A stretch of DNA of 59,755 nucleotides, filler included. It is 9 parts of 9 records of this genome, joined end to end, with 100 filler letters (N's around TTAATTAATTAA, not from the genome) between each part and the next. Parts side by side here need not be neighbours in the genome. Positions count along the whole stretch, not along the records: positions 48,633 to 53,789 come from SRR31156797_35753; positions 53,890 to 59,755 come from SRR31156797_35772; 7 more parts are not named here. One strand, given 5' to 3'. The notes beneath the pieces were generated by a model, which saw only the letters and a program-made list of their open reading frames with translations, made no database searches and was not told the origin of the DNA. The position numbers were made by a program, and so were the translations under genes. Shown here one piece after another: positions 50,501-59,755 of the stretch (the stretch's first letter is position 1; each line of letters begins with the position of its first letter).

Positions 50501-50606
50501 GGTTAAAACTTATGCAATTGATTGTTTATTCAAGAGTACCAATTTACAAGCAAATGGGGAGTTTTCAAAATAAAAGAGGAAAGACCGAAGTTGGAAGATG
50601 TATTTT

Positions 50607-51035
50607 TTAGAATTGAATTTCCTGTGCAGAAATATGCCGGGAGTTGTCTTCCTGTACTTCGATTTTAACTTCAACATAATTATTGGGCAAAAGCGATTCA
50701 ATCATCTCTGGCCACTCAAGTAAACAATAGCTTCCACTGTAGATGTAATCCTCGTAACCCAGGTCAAAAGCTTCTTCAATATCCTTAATTCGATAAAAAT
50801 CGAAATGAAAAATTGAGTCAAGTTCAGCCGTATTGTATTCATTTACTATGGCAAAAGACGGACTGGTAACATTGTCTTCTGAGCCAAGAGCATGACATAT
50901 CGATTGAATAAAAGTTGTCTTTCCTGCTCCCATTTTTCCATAAAATGCATAAACCCGATCATTTGCAAAAGTTTCAATAAGTTCTTTTGCTGCAATTTTT
51001 AGGTCATCAAGTGTAGTTATCTTTTTTGAATACAT
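50607..51035 (-). CDS. tsaE: tRNA threonylcarbamoyladenosine biosynthesis ATPase
   Basis: GKMGAGKTT, VTSPSFAIVNEY, HFDFYRI, LEWPE. Confidence 0.95.
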   Translation of the reverse strand: MYSKKITTLDDLKIAAKELIETFANDRVYAFYGKMGAGKTTFIQSICHALGSEDNVTSPSFAIVNEYNTAELDSIFHFDFYRIKDIEEAFDLGYEDYIYSGSYCLLEWPEMIESLLPNNYVEVKIEVQEDNSRHISAQEIQF

Positions 51036-51194
51036 GCTGCTTCATGAATTTTTGCAATATTACAAAAAGCACCAGAACTTTTTTAGGGGATAGTTTTAAA
51101 ATACGATAAAAATCAGATAAATGCATCTGATTGAGTGATATGTTTTTCGGTAAAATGTTTTAATTTTGGCAAAAACTTAAAAAACGTTTCTATT

Positions 51195-51575
51195 ATGAAT
51201 ATTCCAGCAGATTTGAAATATACGCAAGACCATGAGTGGGTACGCGTCGAAGGAGATGTTGCTGTTGTAGGTGTTACCGATTTTGCTCAGGGAGAGCTTG
51301 GTGATGTTGTTTTTGTTGAAATTGAAACAGAAGGCGAATCACTGGACAAAGGAGAAACTTTTGGTACAGTTGAGGCGGTAAAAACAGTTTCTGACCTGTT
51401 TATGCCGGTTGGTGGTGAAGTAGCTGAGTTTAATGAGGCTTTGGCCGATGATCCGGAACTGGTAAACAAAGATCCTTATGGAGAAGGATGGATGATTAAA
51501 ATTAAAGTGGCTGACGCAGCGGAACTGGAAGACCTTATGGATGCTGATGCATATAAGGCAATGATTGAAGCTTAG
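51195..51575 (+). CDS. gcvH: Glycine cleavage system H protein
   Basis: Start MNIPADLKY at 51195; HEWV, GVTDFAQGELGD, VEAVKTVSD lipoyl motif; TAATTTTG promoter element at 51161. Confidence 0.96.
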   Translation: MNIPADLKYTQDHEWVRVEGDVAVVGVTDFAQGELGDVVFVEIETEGESLDKGETFGTVEAVKTVSDLFMPVGGEVAEFNEALADDPELVNKDPYGEGWMIKIKVADAAELEDLMDADAYKAMIEA

Positions 51576-51596
51576 ATTTAATAATGGATAAAGCAG

Positions 51597-51685
51597 GTAC
51601 CTCACCTTTTTTGGGTGGGGTATTTTTTTTCTAAAAAGATGCCTATAAGAGCAAAAAAAGCCGGAATCATTTGATTCCGGCTTGT
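51597..51685. terminator. Two hairpins between convergent gcvH and nrdJ
   Basis: TACCTCACC..GGTGGGGTA + T-run (plus) and AAAAAAAGCCGGAATCA..TGATTCCGGCTT (minus). Confidence 0.75.
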
Positions 51686-51704
51686 ATCTTTTGTCAGTAG
51701 ATTC

Positions 51705-53789
51705 TTATCCACATTTTGAGCATCCGCAAGATAAACAGGTTAAACATCCTTCCTGGTAAACAACATCATCAGATCCACATTCCCCACATTTTGCATCTTC
51801 GGCAATTGTTCCGTCAGGAATGTATTTCTTCAGAGCACGTGCAACACCCGATTTCCACGAGTTAATGGTTTCGTTATCCAACTGAAGGCTGGTTATCAAT
51901 TCCACTACTTTGTGAATTGGCATACCGTGGCGTAATGTTCCGGATATTAATTTTGCATAGTTCCAGAAAACCGGATTGAATTTATGCGATAGTCCTTCAA
52001 TAGTAGTTTTGTAACCGCGTTTATTGATGTACTGGAAATCATAACGGGAATTATCATCATCCTCACGACTTTTAAGAATTGCTCCTTTTACAATTGAGCG
52101 TGGAAGCAGGATTCCGTCTTCATCATCGTGCAAACCGGTAAAAATCTCATAAGGCCTTCCATCCATTAATCCAATAAAAGCAATCCACTTTTCCTTGTTG
52201 TTTTGGAAACGAACTACATCGGCCTCTAATTGCTCAGGGCGTTTTGTTGGCAACGCACCATTACCTTCTTTTTTCTCATCGTTGTCGTTCGAAATCAAAA
52301 CTCCGGATCGAGAACCGTCGCGGTATACGGTAACTCCTTTACAACCACTTTTCCATGCTTCGATATAAAGCTGTCCAACGAGTTCTTCTTTTGCGTCAGC
52401 CGGAAGGTTGATGGTAACGGAAATTGAATGGTCGACCCATTTTTGGATCCTACCCTGCATACGAACTTTATTCAGCCAGTCAACATCGTTTGATGTAGCT
52501 TTGTAATAAGGCGATTCTTCAATTAATTTGTCGAGTTCTTTTTGTAAATAGTTGCGTTCTGTATCATGACCATTTGCTTTCATCCAGGTTTTAAAGTGGT
52601 GGTGGAAAACAGTATATTCTTCCCAATGGTCGCCAACTTCATCCACAAAATCAACCCGAACATTTTTATCGTTAGGATTTACCTTACGACGACGTTTGTA
52701 TACCGGTAAGAATACAGGCTCAATACCCGAAGTCGTTTGTGTCATTAAGCTGGTGGTTCCGGTAGGAGCAATGGTAAGCAGCGCAATATTTCTACGGCCG
52801 TACTTGTCCATTTTTTCATAAAGTGAAGGATCTTCTGCTTTAATACGATTAATTAACGGATTGTCTTTTTCTTTTTCGGTATCGTAAATTGTAAATGCAC
52901 CACGGTCTTTTGCCAGATGAACTGATGAACGATAAGCTTCAACAGCAATCGTTTTGTGTATCTCTTCAGAGAAATCGGTTGCATTGTCGCTTCCGTAGCG
53001 TAATCCAAGCGCAGCAAGCATATCTCCTTCAGCAGTAATTCCAATACCAGTACGACGACCTTCGTTTGCTTTACGTTTTATATTTTCCCACAGATTTTTT
53101 TCCGTGAATTTAATGTCTTCCCCTTCAGGATCACCTTCAACCTTTTCAAGAATGGCATCAATCTTTTCTAATTCAAGGTCGATAATATCATCCATAATGC
53201 GCTGCGCATAATGAACATGTTCTTTGAAAAGGCTGAAATTAAATTTGGCATCAGAAGTAAACGGATTTTCAACATACGAGTACAGGTTAATCGCTAGCAG
53301 GCGGCAACTATCGTAAGGGCATAATGGAATTTCGCCACAAGGATTGGTTGAAACAGTGCGGTAACCGAGGTCTGCATAACAATCTGGAACCGATTCTTTA
53401 ATTATTGTATCCCAGAAAAGAATTCCGGGTTCAGCTGATTGCCAGGCGTTTTTAACAATCTTTTGCCAAAGCTTTGAAGGATCTGTTTCTTTGGTGTATT
53501 GCGCTTTACCGTTTATTGGGTACTGCTGTTTATATGGTATGCCGGCTTCAACGGCCTGCATAAAATCATCCTGAATTTTAACCGACACGTTTGCTCCGGT
53601 TACTTTGCCCTGCTCCATCTTGGCATCAATAAAACTTTCAGAATCGGGGTGTTTTATCGATACCGATAACATTAAGGCTCCGCGACGACCATCCTGGGCA
53701 ACCTCACGTGTTGAGTTTGAGTAGCGCTCCATAAAAGGAACAATGCCTGTTGATGTTAGTGCCGAGTTTTTAACCGGAGAACCTTTCGG
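51705..53789 (-). CDS. nrdJ: Class II (adenosylcobalamin-dependent) ribonucleotide reductase (5' truncated)
   Basis: VAQDGRRGA, STNPCGEIPL, IAPTGTTS, SGIEP, SISVTIN, KGVTVYRDGSR, terminal CxxC zinc ribbon. Confidence 0.93.
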   Translation of the reverse strand, partial: PKGSPVKNSALTSTGIVPFMERYSNSTREVAQDGRRGALMLSVSIKHPDSESFIDAKMEQGKVTGANVSVKIQDDFMQAVEAGIPYKQQYPINGKAQYTKETDPSKLWQKIVKNAWQSAEPGILFWDTIIKESVPDCYADLGYRTVSTNPCGEIPLCPYDSCRLLAINLYSYVENPFTSDAKFNFSLFKEHVHYAQRIMDDIIDLELEKIDAILEKVEGDPEGEDIKFTEKNLWENIKRKANEGRRTGIGITAEGDMLAALGLRYGSDNATDFSEEIHKTIAVEAYRSSVHLAKDRGAFTIYDTEKEKDNPLINRIKAEDPSLYEKMDKYGRRNIALLTIAPTGTTSLMTQTTSGIEPVFLPVYKRRRKVNPNDKNVRVDFVDEVGDHWEEYTVFHHHFKTWMKANGHDTERNYLQKELDKLIEESPYYKATSNDVDWLNKVRMQGRIQKWVDHSISVTINLPADAKEELVGQLYIEAWKSGCKGVTVYRDGSRSGVLISNDNDEKKEGNGALPTKRPEQLEADVVRFQNNKEKWIAFIGLMDGRPYEIFTGLHDDEDGILLPRSIVKGAILKSREDDDNSRYDFQYINKRGYKTTIEGLSHKFNPVFWNYAKLISGTLRHGMPIHKVVELITSLQLDNETINSWKSGVARALKKYIPDGTIAEDAKCGECGSDDVVYQEGCLTCLSCGCSKCG

Positions 53790-53889
53790 NNNNNNNNNNN
53801 NNNNNNNNNNNNNNNNNNNNNNNNNNNNNNNNNTTAATTAATTAANNNNNNNNNNNNNNNNNNNNNNNNNNNNNNNNNNNNNNNNNNNN

Positions 53890-56281
53890 GTTTCCGGTAT
53901 GTGATGCGGCATCGTTCCAGGAAATGAATGGCAAAATCGACGGCAATACCGATGGAAAGGACGCTCAAGACGGCAATGGGCATATCATAATCCTTGCCGA
54001 TAATTCCAACCACGCCGTAAATTCCCGCAATGGTTATACTCAGGGGCACCATACACAACAGCCCCCATTTTATGGAACGGAACAGAACCGTCATCATGAC
54101 AAGCACAATCAGGAAACTTTGCAAAAACGACCAGAGCATTTCCCAGAACATCTTGTTCTGAAAAAAGAGGTTTACATAATGCAGCCCCGCCCACTTATGC
54201 CCCAGTAGGGCCGGAGGAGGATTTTGCAGGAACCAGGCGTCAACAGCCTCGACCACAGTCTCCATATCCATACTGTTTCCGCTGGTCATCTGCAATATGA
54301 TATTGGCGCGCTGAAAATCAGGCGTAACCATATGCCAGAGATCCTGGGGGCGATGACTCTGCTGAAACTGCAAGTAGCATTCGGCAATACCGGTCAATTT
54401 GTCAGGAATTTGAAAATTGGCAGGTTTTCCGTCAATCAGTTCCTGGTTCACCTTACGGACCACATCGGCAACGGAACCGGTTTTGCCCACCAGCCCTGAT
54501 TTCTCAAGATAGTCCTGGAGATCCGCCATGTACCGGAGAACCTCGGGGCGTTTAAAGGTTTTCAGCTTTTCTTTTTCCAGTCCCAGATACCCCTGCAGCT
54601 CCTGCCATGCATAATACGCCTCATCCGAAGCATTGGCCGATCGTTTGTCAATATACCCAAGGGCCGAATCCAGAAACCCTTCCGGGGTATTATTGTTTTG
54701 CATGAAATTGAGGAATTGCCGACTTACCAGTATTCTTGCAAGCCTTGGAGCATGTTTATACTCATCACTGATCTCCAGGGCAACTCGTGTAACGTTTTCA
54801 GCAATTGCCTTGACCCACTCCCTGGTCAGTTTCTTCTCTTTTTCACTTTCAAGCACCAGGTAAGCGGTATAGGTGCCTCCGAAATGACTGTTCAAAGCGA
54901 TGTCCGCCTTGCGAATGGGGTGGTCAAGGGTGAATCTTTTGGAATAATTATCATTGATCCGGGTCTGAAGAATCCCCCAGGATGCCGCTGCAACAATGAC
55001 AATAAACACGGCCAGCAGCGGTTTTGCATATTTATGGGTAATAATGCCGAGGCTTCGCAGTCCCCGGGTCATCAGGCTCTCTTTTTCTTTCTGCTGCGCC
55101 TTGAGGCCGAAATTTTCAAACATGCGTTCGGGAAGCATCATGATATAGGCGGGAACAAACATGATGGTACACAACCATGCAATCATAACCCCTGCACAGA
55201 GAAAAATGCCGAAGATCCGCGCCGGTGGAATGGAAGTCAACGTCAGGGATAAAAATCCTGCCGCGGTTGTCAGGGAAGTGTAAAGCATGGGAACAAACAG
55301 GGTGTTTATCACCTCTTTTATCGATTCCTTACGTCCTTTTTCTATTGTATACACATCAAAGAATTCCGAAAGCACATGGACCGAATCCACAATGGCGATT
55401 GACATCAGGAAAATCGGCAGCATGGAACTTAAGATATGAACCTCGAATCCCAGTCCGATCATAAGTCCCATGGAGGTGATAATTGAAAAGGTTGCGATTA
55501 TCATGGGCGAAACAATCAGAACCCATTTGCGGAAAAAGAGCAAAAGCAGGCCCAGAACAAGCAGCATGGACAAGGGAGATGCAAATTTCATCTCGGTAAA
55601 CATCTCCACGCCCACCGCACCTTCCGCCACCGGCAGGCCGGTGATATGATATTCTTCGCCACCGCCGAGTTCCTTGATCTTTTTATTCAGCTCCGTAAAG
55701 ACCCGGTAACTTAACAGTTTGTCGGTCAACGGCAGATAGATACAGACCGCCCTGCCGTCTTCCGAAACCATTCTGCCTTTGAGCAGCGGATTGGAAAGGG
55801 CCTTGTCCCGAATCAGCAGGGCCTCTTCTTCCGTTTTGGGAGGCTTTGCCATGAGCCATTCAAATTGGATGGTGCCGGGTTCTCCCTGGCTCATATGATC
55901 CGTAACCGATGGCGCGATGATATCAACCTCGATTACCCCCTCGTACCGATTGGGATTTTCCTTGTCCTCCCAACGAAGCGTCTTTGCAAACTGTGTCAGT
56001 TCATAAATACGCTTTAATGTCGCCGGATTGAACACACCGTTGGGATGTTTCTCGTTGATGACGCCGAGCACGACCGTATCGCTCAAGTCAAACGCGGCTT
56101 TTGTCTGATTGTGAAAGACCCTGACCGGCTCACTCTTTTCAAGCATGTTCTCGGGGTCGGTATCGATCTCGACCCTGGGGAGAAAAGAACCAGCAACAAG
56201 GGTCGCAAGTATCATCGCAACCAGGACCATCTTATTGTGATCGACGGCATAATCGATCATCGCCTTTTTAAATCGTTTCAT
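53890..56281 (-). CDS. MMPL/RND-superfamily transporter (3' truncated)
   Basis: IDTDPENML, IAIVDSVH, YTSLTTAAGF, GIAVDFAIHF; two TM bundles with large loops. Confidence 0.88.
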
Positions 56282-57368
56282 TGGTTAGCTCCATTGTTAT
56301 CATTACTAGTGATTTGTGAAATCTCCGGTTTATGGATTATCGTTTCATGGAAAATAGTCTTTTTGAAATTTCAGTTCTACCCCGCGCGAACCGATCTTTA
56401 CCCCTGGCCGTTTTAAATCGGCTACCGGGCGGTATGGAAGAGAAAAAGAAGAGATATACGACCTTGAAACCCATTATCCGGCTGTCAGGCAATGATATTC
56501 ACGACCCTCGATTGCAAATTGCTTCCCGGCCCGTGCCCAGCAGGTAAGAACCTGTAAACAGGATCACAAGACCGGCTGCACCCAGCCCCATATAAAAGTG
56601 ATAAACCCCCGCCATATCGCATAACCGGCCGGTTACGGGCGCAAGCCCGAGTATGGCGATGTGGAGCAGGCTGTTCAAAACAGCGTTGTTGGTGGCGGAC
56701 TGGGGGCCTGCGCTGAAGCCCATGATCATGCTGAAGATCATGACCGTTACAATCCCGGTCATCAGTTTCTCCGCCCCCAGCAACATGCCGGCCTGCCACA
56801 GAGCTATGGAGGGATGCTGGGAAATAACGGCGGAACAAAGGCTGAGGCTTCCGGCACAAACGCATACAAGGATAAAGAGCCTGGAAACGCCCAATCCCTT
56901 AAAAAGCCGTGCCCCCAGAATGGAGCCTAAAATGGATGTGGGTGTGCCGTACCACAGGATCAGGCGGCCAAGCATGGCCGGGTCGTATCCCATGTCCACC
57001 AGCATGGGCAGCCGCAGCAGGGCGCCCCCCTGGTTAAGTACGGCCATCATCACAAGAAACAGTGCAAACCGCAGGGTCCCGGGCTGCCGGATAAAGGCCC
57101 GGGCGCTGGGCCGGGTCTCTACCGGCTCCCGGACACATTCCCGTTCCCCGGTCTCCTTCAGGGACACCGGGGGGATTTCCCTGTGCAGCACAACCGGTAT
57201 CATCAGTAACAGTTGCAGCCCCGCGATTATCAGCAGGGTCGCGTGCCATCCCTGGTTCTGGTAGACAACCAGCAGCACACCGGCTCCCAGCATATAGGCC
57301 ACCATGTAGCCGATGGTTTGAATGGTATTTTCCCAGGGTCTTTCATCGGGAGTGAGTATATCGGTGGC

Positions 57369-57600
57369 TTGACATCCTCCCCCACCTAAAGGAAGGGGAT
57401 TCCTGAGCACTCCCTATGCGGGAGTGAGGTGCAAATCCCGGTCACCCGGGCTTGCAGGTTCCTGGTTCAGCGGGCGGCTAACGCCGTCCCTCCCCAGGCT
57501 GTCACGGCAATGCCCTGCCGCCTTTAACTCTTCAATTCCCCGGGCCTTGATGTTGACTGCACCCACATAGTCGGCATTGGCGGTGTAGCCGCAGTCAACG
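57369..57600 (-). ncRNA. Predicted TnpB omega/reRNA scaffold (5' boundary uncertain)
   Basis: By analogy with characterised TnpBs, overlaps the tnpB 3' end and ends at the right-end TCAA; not folded computationally. Confidence 0.55.
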
Positions 57601-58676
57601 CATTCAAACAAAGCCTGGGTCTTTCTATTATCTGCAGAAACATGGCCGCATTCCGGACAGGTTCGGGAGGTATTCTTCGGGTCTACCTGAAAGAACTTTC
57701 CTCCGGACCATTCCTGTTTGTACTCTATCATCCTCAGGAATGCGCTCCAGCCTTGGTCCAGAATTGATTTATTCAGCCCGGATTTGGCTTTTACGTTCTT
57801 CCCGGGATTTACCTTATCGCCTTTGGCAGATGAAGCCATGTTCTTTATCCTCAAGTCTTCAGCCACAATCACTGCGTGGTTTTTGCTCATGATCGTGGAG
57901 AGCTTTTGAAGAAAATCATTCCTGGCATCTGCTATTTTGATATGAATCTTGGATACAACCTGTTTCTGCTTTTTCCAGTTGTTGGAGAACTTCTTTTTCC
58001 TGGCCAGGAGACGTTGAGCCCGGGCCAGTTTCTTTTCCAGTTTTTTGAAACTGTTTAACGGCTCAACGTAATCCCCGGTCGAATCGGTCAGGAACCGGGT
58101 AACGCCCATGTCTATCCCAACTATATCTGAGTAGGTGTTGAATACCGGCCGTTCCGGCACCGGTATATCCTGTTCTGTTTGGATGGATACAAACCAGTGT
58201 TCTCCTTTTCTGGAAACGGTTACGTTCCGGGGAGTTCCCTGGATATCCCGGCTTTTAAAAAACCGGACCCAACCGATTTTGGGTAGGAAGATCCGGTTCC
58301 CCTCCAGCTTAAACCCCTGGGGATACCGATACGAATCCGTGCATCTGAATTTTTTCTTCCATACCGGGAATTTCTTCCCCGGTTGCTTTTTATCAAATGC
58401 ATCTTTCATTGCCCGGTCCAGGGCTTTTAAAGTCTGTTGCAAGGTTTGGGAGGGAGCTGTATTCAGAAATGATGTGTCATCTTCTTTTTTCCATTTGACC
58501 AAACAGCCGGCCAGATGGTTATACGACAACACCTTCTTGATCTTATCCAAGGAGTCTTTTTGCAAGGCCAATGCTTTGTTCCAAACAAAGCGATTACATC
58601 CGGAAAATTGAAACATCAACTCTTCAATTTCTAAATTGGTCTTAAGTCTGAATTTGAAGGCCTTGCGAATGATCAT
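57414..58676 (-). CDS. tnpB: RNA-guided endonuclease TnpB
   Basis: KAFKFRL..GCNRFVWN; RuvC GIDMG, VAEDL, NADYVGAVNI; zinc finger CPECG..CVDCG. Confidence 0.95.
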   Translation of the reverse strand: MIIRKAFKFRLKTNLEIEELMFQFSGCNRFVWNKALALQKDSLDKIKKVLSYNHLAGCLVKWKKEDDTSFLNTAPSQTLQQTLKALDRAMKDAFDKKQPGKKFPVWKKKFRCTDSYRYPQGFKLEGNRIFLPKIGWVRFFKSRDIQGTPRNVTVSRKGEHWFVSIQTEQDIPVPERPVFNTYSDIVGIDMGVTRFLTDSTGDYVEPLNSFKKLEKKLARAQRLLARKKKFSNNWKKQKQVVSKIHIKIADARNDFLQKLSTIMSKNHAVIVAEDLRIKNMASSAKGDKVNPGKNVKAKSGLNKSILDQGWSAFLRMIEYKQEWSGGKFFQVDPKNTSRTCPECGHVSADNRKTQALFECVDCGYTANADYVGAVNIKARGIEELKAAGHCRDSLGRDGVSRPLNQEPASPGDRDLHLTPA

Positions 58677-58718
58677 GGATTGATTTTATCACGGGTCTTA
58701 TGCTATGGGCAAGGCATT

Positions 58719-59133
58719 ATGAAGAAAAATTCAGATATTCGAACCGGCCGGCATTGCGTATTCACGCATGCATGTACATTTGGTGTTTGTGTCAAAATAC
58801 CGGAGAAAAGTTTTTGACCAAAAGGCACTCCAGACTCTGGAAGAAATATTCACCCATATCCTTGGTCTATTTGAGGCTGAACTGGTGGAGTTTAATGGTG
58901 AATGTGATCATGTCCATTTACTGGTGAATTATCCACCAAAAACAACCGTATCGAAAATGGTGAATAGCTTGAAAGGCGTATCCTCCAGGAAGCTTCGGCA
59001 ACAGATCCCGGATCTGAAAAAAATTTACTGGAAAGGGGTGCTCTGGTCTCCGTCTTATTTTGCAAGTTCCTGCGGTGGAGCACCCCTGGATGCTATCAAA
59101 CAATACATTGAAGATCAGCAAAGACCGGCCTGA
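58719..59133 (+). pseudogene. tnpA: Y1 HUH transposase TnpA with +1 frameshift near codon 16
   Basis: ATG 58719 MKKNSDIRTGRHCVFT is 49 nt upstream of MHVHLVFVSKYRR (58768); HUH DHVHLL and catalytic KQYIEDQ are intact downstream. Confidence 0.8.
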
Positions 59134-59652
59134 CGGCCGTGCGCCTTATATCCCCGACCTGAAGGAAGGGGTTTTACGACGCTTTAGATAACCGTCCGCC
59201 GCAATGTCCATGGTGGCGGATATGGCGTTCAGCAAAAAAATGACGGCCAGGAGCAGTTTCAGGTTCTCTGCCGGGGAAAGCATGGACAGAAGAAAAAGCA
59301 TGGCCAGGGAGGAAAAAAGCAGGGGCACAATCCAGGTTTTGCGCCGTCCAAGGGCACGGCTGTAGAACCTGTCAACCATGGATGCATAAAAGAACTTCAT
59401 AGCCCACGGCGTATAAACCAGGGCGGTAAATCCGATGGTTCCAAGGCTTGCGCCCTGGCTGCGTAAAAGGATCGGGAGCAGGGTCCAGGTAAAGCAGAGA
59501 AAAATCTTTTGCAGGATAAACATGAGGAATAAGAGCCCCATTTTATGCATGGTCTTTGGGGTTTGCGGCTGAAAAAACAGGACGTTTTTTATTCTTTCCA
59601 TTGGTATGCTCCGTTTTTTGGGGAGGGGGGATGAGCACGAGGACCAAGTCCT

Positions 59653-59754
59653 TCACAGGCTTTTTTTCCGCCTGACCTCCCTGAGATAGAGTTTGGGAAG
59701 GATATTGAATTTCTGTTTGAACGCAGTGCTGAAATGGCTGACATTCACATAGCC
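59653..59754 (-). CDS. AraC-family regulator, C-terminal fragment
   Basis: Manual translation GYVNVSHFSTAFKQKFNILPKLYLREVRRKKSL*. Confidence 0.85.
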   Translation of the reverse strand, partial: GYVNVSHFSTAFKQKFNILPKLYLREVRRKKSL

Positions 59755-59755
59755 G

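Larger units (their letters stand above)
57369..59187 (-). mobile_element. IS200/IS605-family element, IS605 group (divergent tnpA/tnpB), 1819 bp, no target duplication
   Basis: Inserted 3' of TTAT; right end finishes TCAA; near-identical subterminal hairpins CCCCTTCCTTCAGGTCGGGG (59171-59152) and CCCCTTCCTTTAGGTGGGGG (57398-57379). Confidence 0.95.
56499..59601 (-). pseudogene. AmpG/RhtX-FptX-like MFS transporter interrupted by IS605-group element (segments 59601-59188 and 57368-56499; 427 aa when rejoined)
   Basis: N-part PWAMKFFY..VDR..GRRKTW...SATMDIAADGY joins in frame to ATDILTPDERPWENTIQTIGYM when 57369-59187 is removed. Confidence 0.9.

Noticed and set aside
9147-53789. Linking the NrdR-like boxes or the B12 riboswitch/bzaF to nrdJ, or cysE/TauE to cysK/yeeE
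   Set aside because: They are on different contigs; no physical linkage can be inferred.
9565-53889. Regularly recurring TTAATTAATTAA flanked by N-runs as a biological repeat
   Set aside because: Identical 100-nt six-frame-stop linkers; assembly concatenation artefact.
57369-59187. IStron (group I intron-IS hybrid) or Cas12/CRISPR system
   Set aside because: The left end is only about 55 nt before tnpA, leaving no room for an intron core; no repeat-spacer array or cas genes were seen in the window.
56499-59601. ORF-track proteins 56499-57410 and 59146-59601 as two separate genes
   Set aside because: Their termini (MLRNPLPLGGGGCQ and LKRRKTPSFRSGI) are read from the IS ends; they are halves of one interrupted gene.

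Overview
The window is not one locus. It is nine unrelated (probably metagenomic) contigs joined by eight 100-nt artificial linkers (N44-TTAATTAATTAA-N44), so neighbourhood is only meaningful within a contig. Taxonomic labels below are impressions from gene content and composition. C1 (1-9564, FCB-like): four-gene minus-strand operon (T9SS-type cargo, six-OB-fold T9SS cargo, lipoprotein, TonB-dependent receptor missing from the ORF track), preceded by a sigma70 promoter and two NrdR-box-like sites, divergent from purB. C2 (9665-16018, Desulfobacterales-like): moeA, moeA-PBP fusion, two transporters, cobalamin riboswitch and bzaF. C3 (16119-22824, alphaproteobacterial): sugar ABC/LacI/oxidoreductase, guaD, xdhA. 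C4 (22925-28273, Arcobacter-like): degenerate AcnA-like protein, TauE, cysE, speA. C5 (28374-35442, Campylobacterota): nhaD, a two-component system with acidic exported proteins, yeeE and a nonsense-broken cysK behind mirror-image promoters. C6 (35543-42761, Bacteroidota): bounded by the two ends of a tRNA; USPs, two-component system, nhaA. C7 (42862-48532, low-GC): LysM-ABM protein, sugar ABC, REP-like cluster. C8 (48633-53789, Bacteroidota): LytTR, degenerate AlaDH-like protein, tsaE, gcvH, nrdJ. C9 (53890-59755, Desulfobacterales-like): MMPL, an MFS gene split by a fully resolvable IS605-group element (TnpB intact, tnpA frameshifted, predicted TAM TTAT), AraC end. Best candidates for new biology: the NrdR-boxed OB-fold/TonB operon (putative extracellular DNA or deoxynucleotide scavenging locus) and the apparently catalytically dead aconitase. 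All family calls are by motif recognition; no searches were run.
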